Of a DNA stretch of 64,000 nt, positions 28,344-45,653 are shown piece after piece. The stretch lies in assembly GCF_009914755.1 (NCBI RefSeq), contig NC_060935.1, one strand, 5' to 3'. Source of the stretch: the human T2T-CHM13v2.0 reference genome, Homo sapiens. The stretch's first letter is position 1. Every line of letters begins with the position of its first letter. The notes below the pieces were generated by a model, which saw only the letters and a list, made by a program, of their open reading frames with translations, was not told the DNA's origin and made no database searches. The translations under genes and the position numbers were made by a program.

Positions 28344-31300
28344 TACTTTATTCGTCTATTTCATATAGAAGGAGAAGGTGTCATTAATAATGACTTTGAG
28401 GTTTCCAACATCTGTAATGAGACAACTGTGATCAGGTGAGAGCCAATAGGTGAACTTGGATTACTAGTGCATGGAAAGGTCATGCATTAAATGAAAAAGC
28501 AAAGAAATGGAGTTTGGATTAAAAAAATAGTATGGAAACGGGAGAGAGGCAGTCCTTGATTCTAGTAAAGCTTGTAGGCAGTGGAACAATAATAATTAAT
28601 TAAAAATATTTCTGAGGGAAGGTAGATGAGTCTGGGTAGCTATTCACTTCACTAAATTGATATCATATGATATTAAATAATTAACAATCCATTAATTATT
28701 TACAATGTACATTTGGAAAATTTAGTTAATATCACCAAGCTTTAGTTTTCTCTCTCATAAATTGTGAATAATAATTAATAATAATATTAATCTCCTAGGA
28801 TTATTGTCAGGATTAAATGAATACTTACACTTAAATATTTCTTAGAGTATAAGAAAGTACTAAAGATTAATAAATAAATGTTAGCTATTGTCAACAGTAT
28901 TATTATTTTATTAATGCTATCAGGAAGGGACAAGTATAGAAGGCCTCCAAGATGAGGGTGATAATAGATTTCTATTTGATACTTTAGGCAATAAGAAGCT
29001 ATGAAGATAGAATACCTATGACTGAAAAGATATTTTGCAGTTATTTGTTAAAATAAGTATTTAGATTCAGGGAGTTCAGTTAGAATTTATTTGAAAGAAC
29101 CAAGTACTTCTAAGATAGAATAAGATGTGTAACTAAATCTCAGAGTCATTAAAAGCATTGATCTCCAGGGCTCATGAGATCTAGGTCTATTCACCCCCAA
29201 ATGAAATTGCATAGAGAATGCTAATGTATCAACAGAAAAACCCCTAAATGAAACGAAATAAAACATTTGAAATTATACTATGAAGTCAAGACAGTGATAT
29301 GTAAACTCTTCCAAAGCACCATAGTCACAGACAATGGATTCCACCAAAATAGGCCTTGCAAACTTTGCTTCATTGAACTATGTTGACATAATTAAAAGTC
29401 AGTTAATGTAGGGATCACAAACATTTATAGTGGGGAGAAGCTTTTGTGATATTTACTTTTATAATGAACTGAGACTTAAATATTGCTCATGCACAGAAAT
29501 ATGTTTTGTGAACTTCGCAAGAATTCTTTTTTCATCAGTAATCTCTTCATTAAAAAGTCGAAAAGCAAGGCCCTTAATCATGTCATATTCTTTTGGAGTC
29601 CTTTACTCAGCAATAATTTCATTTAAAAACATTTCAGTGAACACTAATTGAACAGAAACTGTCAACTTCCTTTCATAATGAAAGGAAAACTGCCATGATG
29701 AAGAGTTTCTAATCATTATATCTAATTAAAAAGTTAATCCTTAAGTTTTTCATGTTTAAGTTCTTTCAAATGTAACAAAAGAATTTCTCTTTCAAAAATG
29801 GGAAACAAAGCACAGTCATTAACGAACAATGCTTCTGTGATAAAGCTACAAACTTGGAATTAAAAAATATTGGCCCAAGCTTTTATGAGGAAATTAGGAA
29901 AATTACAAGAATCAGCCAAACCTTGGCCTTCATTGACCTATTTTTTTAATACAGAAAAATTTCATTGTAGCACTGACAGTGAGGGATCAAAAAATAATTG
30001 GAATTTAAGCCTTTTGAAATACAGAGAGAAAAATGGCCTCTGCATCTCAGCTCATGGGGGAAATGAGACATGACTCACTCTCTCAGTATGAGTAAAGGTA
30101 ATTCTTTTAGGTCTAGAGATAGAGTTAGAAGCAAGTTCTTCTAAATAAGTGAGGCTTTACCCCAAGATTCTGACTCACAGGAAAACCTTTAAAGCTACAG
30201 TCTAACCTCCTGAAGCCTAGTAGAGAAAGAGAGGATTCCTAGGCAAACATGGGAGATGATCCACCCAGGCATGACTGTCTCACTCTGTTCGTAAACAAGG
30301 CAGAAGTGGGAGAAATAGTTCTGAAAGACTAAATGCAAACTGCAAGATGATGAGCAGATTGCTTTGACTATCTCTACTTCCAGCCTATGCGTGCAAAGTA
30401 TTTTAGGATACTGTGTGATGATCAGAGAAAGAAAACTTGTTTGAAAGTACCGTTTTCTGGATGGTCAGGCCCCTCAAAGTAGTAACCAGATCCAGAATAT
30501 AGTAATGCATTACATAAGGGGCTTGCAGATTTCATTAACAAAGACCAACAAGATCACTCCCAATAACTAAGTTTGCTCATTCTGGTATTACCCAATGTAG
30601 CCTCTAGCCTATTATAAAGCAGTCCTCGGTAAAGGCTGAGTATCTATAGCGCTGAAATAATATGATTAGATGTCAACTCAGATCATGGTCTTCACTGAGC
30701 AAAGGCAAAAATATTTCTAATGCAATATAACCTTATTTCATTCTATATTATTGCCTCTCAGGGACAGGAGGGACAGAAGATTGAGCAAAAGTTTTTGTAA
30801 AATAATTTTTTCACATAGGCGCCTTTTAGATTTCATTGACATCCTCTGCTTTCTGCCTTCACTTTACATGTTTTTCCAGGAGGCATACATGCTATAATGA
30901 AAACAAGTGAGAAATGTGAAGTCTTTGCTCTGTTGCTTATGAGGTGTGTATGACCAAAAGAAAGCCTCTTGGTTTTTCTGAGCCTTTATTTGCTCTAATG
31001 AGAAACAGGGATAATAATCCCTGTTATCGCAGGGTTCTTCTGAGACTCAAATACAAAACGTGAAAACATTTTTGGAAACACAGAAATGAGTTTTTGTGTG
31101 TGAGGGAAAATGATTTAACATTGATTGAATATCCACCAAGTACCAGGTACAGCACTAAATTCTTCATGTACTAGGTCTTTTCATAAAGTAACCCTGTGAT
31201 ATAGGCATTGTACCCATCTAAGAGGTGAGAAAAGGAAGTGGTAGAGATATTGAGTAACATAACTAGGGTCTTAAAGCTTGCTATTTGTAGAGATAGAATT

Positions 31301-33371
31301 AAATTCAATTTTGTCTGTCTCCAAAGACAGTGATCAGCTCCCAGAAAGTAGAAATTGTTCTTTTGGTAGTACATTGTTTTAAAAAGCAAGGTTTTAATGT
31401 GAGTCATCCAAGGTTTGAATTCTAATGCTAAAATCACTCAGTGTTGCTATGAGTAAGTTGCTTAAACTCTCTCTGAAGTTTTATTGTCTCATCTAAAAAT
31501 GGGGAAGAAAAGTAACTAACCCCTATATTTTTGTGAAGATGTCTAGAAAAAAAATGCACATCTAGCAATTAAAAGTGTTATTTGGCATACATTATACATT
31601 CAATACATGTTAGCTACTATTGTTTAAAAATTACTACTTTTTAAATTTGTTAGTAACCAATTCAGTAAATTATCTAGGAATCTCATAACTTTTTATAATT
31701 TACTCTGTGTATTCTAAAGATGAGGCAGTTTTTATTACATATGACTGACCATTGACCAAAAACAATTAAAGGCTAGCTAAGTTAGCTTAGATATATAAAA
31801 GAAATAAATCCAATCAGGTACAAGGTGAGAAGTTATGGTTAAAATAAAACAGAATTAATAAGGTTAGGTAGACAAAAAAGAATATTGCCAAGTTAGACTA
31901 AATGGGCAATGCGCAAATCCTAACTATCTCAACTGACAGTACGCTACCTTTTGAGTTATCATTAATGAGTAGTATAATTTACATTATGTATTATAAACAA
32001 TATGGAGTATATATCCCCTCATTGAAAACATGAAAAAGTCAGTATTAAAGTCCTAATCTCTAAATTTATATTCTCCCTTAACTGTTTTATATAAGCTTAT
32101 TAAATAAAGCAAAAACACATTAGAGCATGAGTTTTTCTCCTCATGCAATGACCTTTATCTCCGTTTGATTTATATGCAGAAAAACAAAAGTAATTCCAGC
32201 TGACAGATGACACAAAGATCAGAGAGGCACAAGGGTTCATGTAAAAACAAGTCAATTTGTTATTAAATATTGGTAGCACAAATAATTAGCTAATTAGGCA
32301 AAGTTTTTCTATAAACCTATTTCTTCATCTGTAAAATGGAACTAATATCTTCAGTCTCACACAGTTGTTGTGTAGGTTAGATAAGTTAATACGAATAAAT
32401 TTCCAGCCTAGCTCCTGTCATTTAGTAGGGAATCATCAAAGTAGGTTATCTTCAATAGTTTCTTTTAAGTATTTTGGAAAACACCCCCTCTATTTATCAA
32501 ATGCTTACAGGTTCTAAACTTTGTCTTAGGTATTGGTGACACATAATACTGCCCTGCCTTTAAGGATTTCACAGACTACAGTAGCTAATCATTTCACTAA
32601 ATTGACATCATGACGGAATGACTATAGAGTGTGATGAAAAATAACATGGCCATATTGCTTGGAAGTCTAGGCGAGGTTGGGAAAAAGTAGACCAAGGAAA
32701 GCTACAGACAAAAAGAAATGTCACTGAAGCTGGATTTGCAGAGGCGGCAGGAATTTGGCAGAAAGACAAGAGAGGAAATGATTTTCCAGGCTCAGAGTAA
32801 CGACATATGTGGTAAGTTATTCTCACCTCATGCCTATAGTTACCAGTGGAGAGACTTCTCCAGGCTAATTCTCTGGACCTCTTTCCCCATCCCCAGAAGA
32901 TGGGAGTTTTATGCTAGGTAAGTTTGAAAAATGGGACTAGGAAAGCTCAGCTCACCCCTGCCTCCTGGGAGTCAGCCTGCCTGCTAGAGCCTAGCATTCC
33001 CTTTTCACTGTAAGATGAGGTTAGCTAGGAGAAGCTATGCTTCTGCAAGAGAAATTGATAATTTGAAGGGTAAATTGAGTTCAGGGGTATGTTAGCAAGC
33101 CCTTTGGCTGCCTACCATAGCCAATTCTTCCAAGCTAGCTTTTTATCAGTAGTAGTTCTGATTTTTATAAGCTATCAGAATCTGGCACCTATATCTTATC
33201 TGGGTTTGACCTTAACATAAAAAAGACTCTATTAAGCCTTGTCAAACTTGATAGAGAATGAAAGTTTAGATGCGAGAAATTACATACTATATCCAAAAGG
33301 TGGTACTTCTTATTTTTTCAGAAGAATAAAGTACTTCAGAAGTGGGAAGGGAGATAAATTAGATGTAAAGG

Positions 33372-33567
33372 CAGGGGGGTCCAATCCTTGGCTTCCCTGG
33401 GCCACATTGGAAGAAGAAGAATTATCTTGGGCCACACATAAAATACAATAAAACTAACAATAGCTAATGAGCTAAAAAACAAAAAAAAATTGCAAAAAAT
33501 CTCATAATATTTTAAGAAAGTTTACAAATATGTATTGGGCAGACAGGCTGTAGGTTGGACAAGCTTG
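33372..33567 (+). mobile_element. MER30 hAT DNA transposon
   Basis: caggggggtccaatccttggcttccctgggccacattggaagaagaagaatt...ggttggacaagcttg matches the recalled MER30 consensus ends. Confidence 0.88.
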
Positions 33568-33690
33568 ATTTAAGGTTTAAAGTTGGTCAGTGAGTAAGTT
33601 ATAGGGGTTTCTCTGTCACACTAAGGAATTTGGTCTGTATCTGAAAGCAGTGTGGAGCCAATGAAGGATCTTAAGCAGAATGACAAGGCA

Positions 33691-33738
33691 GTGTGTGTGT
33701 GTGTCGGGTGTGGGGGTGTGGGGCGGGTGGTGTGTGTT
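33691..33738. repeat. (GT)n / G-rich tract
   Basis: gtgtgtgtgtgtgtcgggtgtgggggtgtggggcgggtggtgtgtg. Confidence 0.8.
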
Positions 33739-33953
33739 GGAAGTATTCTGGCAGCTTTAGGTGGATAGATTTTGTGGTGCACTGGAGGCAAAAAGCCAGT
33801 TAAAAGGCAGTTCTAATAGTCCAGGCAAGATCTCTGCAAGTAGATTTAGTCATTGATTCATTTTTTATCTCAACTTTTTTTTTTAGGTTCCATGAAATAT
33901 AAGACAAAAGGTCATCACACCCTACTTTTCAATCACAATTTAAAGATATCATA

Positions 33954-34258
33954 GGCTGGGCACGGTGGCTCACGCCTGTAATCCCAGCACTTTGGGAGGC
34001 CAAGGTGGATGGATCACCTGAGCTCAGGAGTTCAAGACCAGCCTAGCCAACATGGTGAAACCCCATCTCTACTAAAAATACAAAAATTAGCCGTGCATAG
34101 TGGCAGGCACCTGTAATATCAGCTACTTGGGAGGCTGAGGTAGGAGAATTGCTGGAACCTGGGATGCGGAGGTTGCAGTGAGCCAAGATCACAGGCCATT
34201 GCACTCCAGCCTTGGTGAAAACAGTGAGACTCCGTCTCAAAAAATAAATAAATAAAAA
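33954..34258 (+). mobile_element. AluSx-like
   Basis: Full Alu; TSD taaagatatcata at 33941-33953 and 34259-34271. Confidence 0.95.
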
Positions 34259-34878
34259 TAAAGATATCATAAAGGCTCAGATGGGTAAAAACTTCATATA
34301 ATGAGAGTTCCAATAAGAATGATTCTCTTAAACTAAGCCGTTGCTGAAGTGAAGAGATGATTATATGGACAATCTAGAACTCATCACAAATACTCATACC
34401 TAATTTAAAAAACATTGTCTAAAAGGCAAGCTAAATTTCCCCAATTATGCAATAACTAGATATTCTACAGAAAAAAACAAAATGGGGAGGACATGAACCT
34501 CCTGTCTAACGCCATCTTTCCTTCCCTCCCTGGACCACGCATTGCCACCACCAGAAAAAGAGTCTGCATGTAATAGCAGCCATATAACAGACTAGGGTAT
34601 AAAGGTTCATGAAAGATAATACAGTACACCATTCACCTTGTAACACTGTAACACAATAGGAGGTAAGTTCTAGAAGATACAGAGCAAGACTGGAAATTGC
34701 AGCTGTTGGCCTAACTCTCCATATTCTAACCTAGGTCCTTCTTGCTAAACAACCACTCTGTTTTTAATTTATTGAGTTGTATGAGTTTATTATCTTAAAG
34801 TTATTAAGTAATATCTTAAAGTTATTATGCATAAGTAAAAATGAGGAAATTGAGCTAGCTTTTTAAAGAACACCTCTT

Positions 34879-35266
<388 letters not shown>

Positions 35267-37003
35267 TTAATGAACGTTATCTTCTGTGTTAGGTAGGTCA
35301 CCAATCTGTCCTTTGGATAGAACTGCGGTAGCCACACTGGGCTCTGAGCTTGGGGTAAGGGTGGAGTATGCCTAAATTATATCTAGTTGTCTTCCAAATT
35401 TCAAAGGAGGTCAAAAATATTTTATTTATTTCAGAATTTGACACATTTACCCCAATAAAATATGATGAAGTCTCAAAAGGTAAAAGAAACGTTAAATAGA
35501 ACTTTCAGAGGTGTAAGTGAATTATTTTGAAAACTATATTGTTTTTACTTCATCATTAAACATATTAAATTTCCAGAAAACCCATCAGCAATAATTAATT
35601 TCTGAGCTGTATAATTACCTAAATAAGTATAGTTCTCTGATCATTTTCATCAACGAATGCAGGCTTGCATAAAATTAGTATGAAAGCAGTGACTCTTTGG
35701 ACTCAGAACCTGAGCTCTGATTACAAATCAGTTCCTTGGTCATGGTATAAATTAAGGTAAGTTACTTTGCTTCTAAAAGTCTACTTGTGCATCTATAAAA
35801 TGAGGATAAGATGACCTATCTCCCTATGTTATTTTGGGGGTTATGTTAAAATAATATTAATAGTATATGAGAAATGCTTAATAGTTGGTAGTTGTTAGTA
35901 TAATTATAATAGTAACATAAAGCCATCACATAAAGCACATGGCATTATCAAATGCCAGGGCTATAAAAGAAACTATGCATCCAGGCTGCCACTTTTTTCT
36001 TTCTTATGCATGGCTATACTAATTTTCACTGTATTCTCTTCTGGGGGTGCCTTGATGAAGTCTCATCATTCTTCTGAGCACCATAATCCAGACAATCACT
36101 AGGAATCAATCGGAGCTGACACAGTGAAACATGAATCATTTTTTAAATCTACTTGAACTTCCTCATTTTATAGTTGAGATGTAGACACTAAGATTCTGCG
36201 AGTTCACTAGGGTGATTCAGGGTCCAGAGTAGTACAGATACTAGAGTCCTGGTTTCTACTTCTGTGCCTTTCATTTCAACACACTCACTCATTTTCTTCT
36301 GAATTGTGAAATTCAAACATGAATTCACATTGGGGGGGTCAGATCACTTGATATAATCTGCCACTATAATATTTCTGCTGATCTTTGAATTAAACCACGA
36401 CCCTTGAAATACACAGCTTACAGAACTGAAACAAGAATCTGTTCAGAAGACTATGCACTCTGTCAAGGCGACTATAATGGTATTCTATCATACAGTAATT
36501 TTAGTGATGTGATAATGGATATTATGCCAAGCTACTGCCACTCTGGATAAAGACATCTCATGATGACAGGACATTTTCAGATAATGACAAAATGTGGTTT
36601 ATCAATTTCTACATCAGTTTAGTCAATTGGTCTGGAAGGTGCAGAGGGAATATCTGTTCCCAGTGGCTGAAACGTATTCCCGAAAACACAACTTGTTTAT
36701 TACTATCTTAAAATCGAACTGAAATTTAAAGGAGGAAAAAATTTTAGAGCAATGTTTGGCTTTTTTTTTCAAAATTCCTCTTAGAATTTAATTAAAATAA
36801 TCAATATCGACTCTTGAAATAAAATACTTAGAAAATGAACAACAGACACAGGCCTGTGATATGATTTTGTTACTTGAAACTTAATTGTGAGAAACAGACA
36901 GGATTCCACTGTAAATGTTCTCAATCTCTTACCCTGTTTCTCCTTCACGTTTGGAGGAGTTGTTAATGAACCCAATGGATGTGTTCCAGAGATGTACTTA
37001 TGA

Positions 37004-37289
<286 letters not shown>

Positions 37290-37999
37290 TGTACTTATGA
37301 TTTCATATTTCAACTTGAGAGAGAGAGAGAGGAAATAATATGCTCCAAAAAGCTAAAATATTTTTTCAGTAGGGTGAATTGATGATTTCCTTCTCAGCAT
37401 TCCCCCCAAATTCTTTTTAGCAACTTTCCAAAGGAATCTGGGATATACATCATCCACTGTATTTAAATAAGATATTCCAAATATCTTTCATGAAAGTATT
37501 AGAGAAAGGGTCAAGACCTAAAGAGGGGGGAAAGGGTCAATAGCAGATATTGGGTGGGGATGATCTACAGCCTGTGGTCAGTATCTGGGGGCTTTATTAA
37601 GATACTCTCCCAATTTCCAACTTAAAATGTGGTAAATTATAATTGACTTCATAAGATCAATACTCACCCATGTGAGGTAACCTCAAAGAATTGAAAAAAA
37701 AAAAACACCTAGACGAGCATGATTGATTAATATATTAGCCTGTCTGAAGAAAAATTGAATCAATCAGAAGTTTGGGAGGAGGTTAAGGGTTAAGAATAAA
37801 AGAAAAGAACAAGGGTAGTGAGTGAGAGAGGCAAGTATTGTCTAGAAATCTAGGAACTTACTAGATGAGAAGGAGTGTGAACATTGGAGTTCAAACATTG
37901 CTGCAATTAAAATTTTCTGAAGATGTTTTGACTCCAGGAAGAGATATATAATACCTGCAAGTTATTTTTGGCTTCCTTTATTTTTCTTATCTTCTCACT

Positions 38000-39540
38000 G
38001 TCATATTCTGCCTCAGGAATCCACACTATTTAATCCATCCTTTTTGCTCTACATACAAAATATATCCTCAGTCTCTACAATAGATCCCCATCCCCATTGC
38101 TGCTACCTGAGTCCAGCCATCATTATCTCTCGGTTACAAGTACTGCAAAATATCATTCTAACTAGTCTCCCTCCTTCCATTCTTGCCCCTCCCCTCAAAC
38201 TCATTCTCACTGTATACAATACATCATCTCATGTCTTTGTTTAAAGGAGTCCAATGGCTTTTTGTTGAACTTTGAGTAAAATGCCGACTTCCTTCCATGC
38301 CCCCAGTCTACCTGACCCAGCCTTACCTAACCCTCCAAACTCTATTCTCAGCCTTCTTCTTGACACTTTCTCTTGTCCACACTAGCCTTCTTCTATTATA
38401 ATAACTTGTCAAACTTTTTCCAACCCTGAGGTCCTTGCGTATGCTAGTCTTTTATCTGTAACACCACCCAAGAATTGTCATAAGGTTGCCCCCTTTTCAC
38501 CTTTCATCTCTCAAGTAGGAACTCAATTGCCTCCTCATTAATACTTTCCTTACTTTAATGTCTATCTAAAGAAGCACCTCTCCAACCTATCCTCCATATC
38601 ACATTACCATAATTTAATTTGTAATAGCACACCCCTGTCTGAAGTAATCTTATTTGTCTACTTGTTAACTTTCATATTTCTCTACTACAATGCCTGTTGT
38701 ATTTATTGCTATGTTTTCAAGTTCCTAGAACAGGGATTCTTGGTTATACTATCTATTATCAATATATGTTTGCAAATGAATAAACAAATGAATTTTATGA
38801 ACATGGGCGTTTCCATTCATGTGAAAATTATATGTTTCATGCAAATCAATGACTTTTGCATACCTTGATATAAGGTATATTTTAACTAGTCTGAGTCAGT
38901 TTCTTGGCCTCAAATCTCCCTGGACACTTAGAATGATTGTCTGGGCTTTCAAAAGGACAGAATGTGAAGTTCAGAGACCCAATCACAGTGTTACCTAAAG
39001 AAGCCCCTTGCGACCCCGCCTTGCCAAATATAACACTGTTCCACCTCTACCAATTTTTAAAGATACCACCCTTTCAATCACTCATAAACATTTTCAGGTC
39101 CTATCCTGGCAATAAAGTTACAGAAATAAATAAGGTATACTTTGTTTTCTCACAAAGCTTCTAATACGATAGTTGAAACAGACCTGTAAGTAACTACAAT
39201 GCTAAGTGTAAAGTGGGCATATTTTCCACATTTTGTGGGAGCACAGAGAAATGAAGCCCTCAAATAAGATAACATTAGAAATGATCCTTGAATGATGAGA
39301 AAGATTTTATCCAACACAGAAATAGAGTCATTACAGAGAGAGAGAGAGAAAAGCATGAGCAAAGATTTGGCTGGAGACTGCATGGTGGCTTCAGGGAATC
39401 AGAGAACAGTGAATAGTTGGGTGTGACCAGAACACAATAGTAGTGGTTGGAGATGGAGCGGGAAATACAGATTGGGGCCAAATTGAAGACAACCTTGAAT
39501 GCTTTGCTAGGGAATCCAGTTTTATTTTGTAAACTAGTGG
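38000..39540. mobile_element. L2 LINE fragments in both orientations
   Basis: Pyrimidine-rich L2 3' region ending tttgcaaatgaataaacaaatgaat near 38790, then an opposite-strand L2-like purine-rich segment. Confidence 0.55.
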
Positions 39541-41119
39541 TTGGCAATCTGTTTTCTATGAGATGTTCATAAATAAACGTTCACGAAAAAGGGATTTCAT
39601 TATCACACACATTTAAGAAACGTTCCACATATTTTACCAGTCTCTTGGAGATATAAGCCCCCAAGAGCTTTGAAAAATCCTAGGATAAAAAATAGAGAAC
39701 TGCTTAAAACATGTTTAATCCAACATAGACCACTCATTAACATTTCCATAGATACGTAAGTGTAAGTCAGATTACACTTAAAGTGAAGCCTTCTTTAAAT
39801 GATTTGAAGTTGTTAAATCATTTAAATCAGTAAGTGATACAAATAGAACCGAGTGTTAAGATAAATTTGGCAGCAATATTCATAATGGATTGAAGAGATC
39901 TAGGAGGCTACAGGTTATTGCAAACAGTTTATGGGAATGATAACACACCAAAACTCAAGCACGGAGAGCAGAAATGTAAAAAGGGAAAATATTTGAAACA
40001 CTCTGGATATAATTCTATATCAATTAGTGATTGATTAATTCATGAGGGCCCTAGGAATAGAAATGTAATGGATCTGGTGATGACTTCCTGATTTCTGACT
40101 TGGCACACTAAGTGAATTGTAAAACAGGTTTGAGTGCAATGAAGAGCAAGAAAGAAGAAGAATGATGAAAATAGACTGAAGGCTCTGAGTGAACTGCAAA
40201 GAGTGGTAGGGATCTTAAAGTCAATTGTTATACTTGCGTTTGATTTAGTTATTGGAAAAACGAGTCCATAGGGAACTCCCAATTATGTTGGGTTGTTTTG
40301 TAAACTCAAAAGAATCTCTTTCCTCAACGTACTTACAGTCTTCAACCTATTTAACTGTTATCATTCCATTCAGTCCTTCGAAAATAATGTTTCTTCTACT
40401 AGAAACCAGACTGCTGTCATGCTGCAGGTATGTTGTTTTCACTTTTCCTTGGAACAACCAGAAGGTGCCCAGCTTTGATGAGAAGAGTCAAGAGAGTTGT
40501 TGCATCTGTAAGTTTTATTCTAAATATTAGAATCAGCAGTATAAGAACAACGTGTTTGTAACAGATAAAATGTTATACAATCAAAACCATATAATGGTTT
40601 TGATTTTGGGTGGAGGCTGCCTACATTTTAAGACATGTAGACTCAAACTTATCTTTAAATGTCTATATTCAAATTTCATAAAATTCCTATCCCTATGTAA
40701 ACATACTAAAATAGGAAATTTCCAGGATATTTCCCTTTCCCATCTGATCAGTCACATTGTTTTTCCTCTTCAAGCTCTCTTACTGTCAATTTAATGTCCA
40801 TATTGCACTCTTCTGCAAACTGTCTACAGATAGAGGCAGATAGCCTGTCTACTTCTGTCTGTTGCATGAACTATTTTTTCATATGTCACTCAATTTAATC
40901 TTGCTCACTTATATCAGGGTGAAAAAAAAAGAACATTCAGCTCTTTTCCTTCCAGAGAACAGACACAAGGAAAGGGGTTTCAGTGACAAGAAAGACAGGT
41001 GCATAGATCACTCATGACGATGGTTAAGAAGACCCTGCTATATTTAGGATAGGTGGAAATTTATCTTACTAGGAATTTTAAATGGGAACTACTTTCCTAT
41101 TTGTATTTATTTCCTTAAT

Positions 41120-41162
41120 TCCTTCCTACTTTCCTTCCTTCCTTCCTTCATTCCTTCCTTCC
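41120..41162. repeat. (TTCC)n simple repeat
   Basis: Seen directly. Confidence 0.8.
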
Positions 41163-41821
41163 AGTCAAAAAATTAAGCATGTTTTAAATTGCCAACTGGG
41201 CATAGTAATCTATTGTGGCAGGTATTATAGAAGACATCATAAGAGCTTCGTAATAGAATACAGTCATAGGAAAGGTACTCATTTTAATTACCAAATAAAA
41301 GCAAATTACTATAGCAATGTTCTTCAATTTTTAACCTATCAAATTAATAAAGGATTTTACAAAGATAAAAACATCAAGAGTACAGGCAGAAAGACATGTT
41401 CATACACTCTTCAAATGGGGGAATCATAAATTGGTAAAGCAAATAGTTTTAGAAGCAATTTGGCAATTAACTCTAAGCTCCATGGGCCAATAATCAGTCT
41501 CTCTTATTTTCCAGTATATCCCCATTTATTAACCTAGTGTTTTGTCTTGTGTTAACTGTTTAATAATGAATTGCTGAATGAGTATTGACTGAATGACTAT
41601 GTAAATATTATGAACCTTAAAAAATTCACACCCTTTGACTCAACAATTGGTCTTTTTCTAAAAATATATCCTCACGAGAAGTGTAGTCAAAAGTTCTAGT
41701 ACACCAAGGTTTACTTCACTATTGTTTATATTAACTTAAAGAAAGGTAACCTACATGCCCAACATTATGGGTTTTGGTAGAAAAAGAATATTTGGCAGTC
41801 ATTAAAAAAGATGTCAACAAG

Positions 41822-42906
<1,085 letters not shown>

Positions 42907-43345
42907 AAAAAATGATGTCAACAAGAAAAATATTTTTCTAACTTAGAAAAATGTTCACAATATGATGTTAATTTTTAAAAAACATTGCAACATGATGCTA
43001 ATTTTTAAAAAGAAGTTATATTCTTAACTTCTCACTTAACAGACATATATAAATGAGACTCAAGTTTAGCTAGATCTGTGAGCACGTGTCAATAAAATTT
43101 GTATCTTTCACTGAAGATACATATACAGAGACAGATAAAAGGACTAAAAAGTTGTTACTACATTAACTGTAGTTAACTCTAGGTGGAATTACAGGTGACT
43201 TTTAATTTTTTAAAAATAATTAATTCATACTATTTTTTACCATAAGCTTGTATTATATTTAAACTAAATAATACAAATTGTTTTTTAAGTAGCTAAAATA
43301 TTCAGTTTTAAACTAAAAGGATTTATGATTAACTACTAGTTTTTA

Positions 43346-43700
<355 letters not shown>

Positions 43701-44657
43701 TTGAAGTTGGAAACATATTTTTAAAAATTGTAATTAAGTATGATAACAGGTATTATAGAGATTGAGTAAAATAGATTAGAGAAATGAAAAATCAGTGTGT
43801 AAACATAATCAACTTTAGAGCTAGTATATAAACTGAGCTTTGGACAATGAATGTCATGGATAACTAACTATAATAACCATAACTGTAACAGTCAATGTTG
43901 ACTGCTAACTGAATAGTGCAGCCTGTCAGAATAAAATGCAAATGTGTTCAATCATAGATTTTTTATGCAATGGTGGTAACTACTGTACTCCAAGCACTTA
44001 TATTTAATGATGAAAATGATGAAGAAAAAGGTCATGTAGTCTACAACAGAGTATACAGAAACTAATTATAAAATGTATTTCGTGACATTATTTCAACCTT
44101 ACAGAGAACAACTGACTCCTAAGTTAAACTATGATACTGTGTAAGATCAAAATTTTTGTCCAATTTCCTCTCAAACTATAGTACTCTACCTTTCATCACT
44201 GAAATAGTATGACCCACTTGAATATGGAATCTAATTTCTAACCAATGATTCCAATATTTCAATAGCACCACAGAATTGAATAAGAATCTGAGTTAAACTA
44301 AAAACAAAACAAATAAACAAAGGAAACAAAACAGTAAATCTGTGTAAACTTAAAATAATATGCTTGTTATTAAGTTGAGCTACTGTGGGAATAGAAGGTG
44401 TCATTCTTGATCTTAAGACACCTGCATAATCAGTAATAATAATAAATTCAAACTGATTGAGTGCCTTTATATACAAGGCCCTGTATTAATATACATTCAG
44501 AAATCAAGAACACTTTATTAACTTACTGTTACGTGCTAAGCACTAGGGAAACAGGTAAATAAGACAGGTCATGCTCTAAGGAAATTCAGGTTAATGGCGC
44601 AGAAACATATTGAAAAGTATCAATACTTATCCATACTATGGTAAAAAGTGATAAATT

Positions 44658-44769
44658 GTGCAGGTTATCCTGCAAGACATACAGGTATTGAACACATAGT
44701 TCCTCTTCTCTACAGTCATAAATGCAGATAAGTCTTGGCCCCAAATCATAATTTAATAATGATGTTACA
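44658..44769. repeat. Copy 1 of a ~112-bp local direct duplication
   Basis: About 91% identical to 45654-45764 by hand alignment. Confidence 0.92.
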
Positions 44770-45069
44770 TGAATTGTCACAAAGAGGCCACAAGATTGAA
44801 CAGCTATGCTACTGTGAGTTAGGCTACATTCTGGGAATACGAGGAATCTCACACTCTCTAATCAGGGAGACTGAGAAGGAAACTAACCGCGATGTAAGGC
44901 AATACTCTAATTTTGCAGGATCGCATGTTAAATAGCAACTTTGAGAGCTCAAATGAAAGGATTAAAGAGGAAGATGTGCTTAATCCAGACTTTTTAAAAA
45001 ATGGATAGGCTTTGTTGGGCAGAAAGGGACATTCCATCAGGTGGGAAATGGAAAGCCGATAACCTAGCA

Positions 45070-45392
45070 CAGAGGTCAGCAAACTTGTTTCTTTAACGGG
45101 TTGGATAATAAATATTTTTCTGACTTTCTAGCCTTACAGTTTCTATCACAACTATTCAACTCTGCCATTGCAGCACAAAAACAGCTACAGACAATATGTA
45201 AACAAATAAGCATGGCTGTGTTCTAATAAAATTTATTTATAGATAGCATAATTGGAATTACTCATGATTTTCATGTCTGAAATATTATTCTTTTGATTTT
45301 CTTCAATATTAAAAATAATTCTTAGCTCTGGAGCTACACAAAACGAAGTATCAGGCTGGATTTGGCCTGTAGCTGTAGTTTGGTGACTCCTG
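45070..45392 (+). mobile_element. MER58B-like hAT DNA transposon
   Basis: TIR-like ends cagaggtcagcaaact...agtttggtgactcctg; internal caactattcaactctgccattgcagc; NNCTAGNN-type flanks. Confidence 0.8.
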
Positions 45393-45653
45393 GACTAGTT
45401 GGAAGGCAAGCTAAACACACAGATATAATGGTATACAAAACAATATTGAATATCTCAACAAATGGTTCCATTCTATCAGATTCAACCTTTCCATTTGATA
45501 ATGTTTTGTAATGTCCTCCTTTTTTCATCTGAAATAAAATTCATAGATGATACAACTGACTACACATATTTTTTAAAATGTAGTGCCTTTACCAAAGTAA
45601 AAGAAGAAATAAAAAAAAAGTAGTTTATATTAAAATAGTGTGTTGAAAACATA

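Noticed and set aside
40380-40435. Plus-strand donor-like CAG|GTATGT suggesting an antisense exon
   Set aside because: Single motif with no supported acceptor or ORF; expected by chance.
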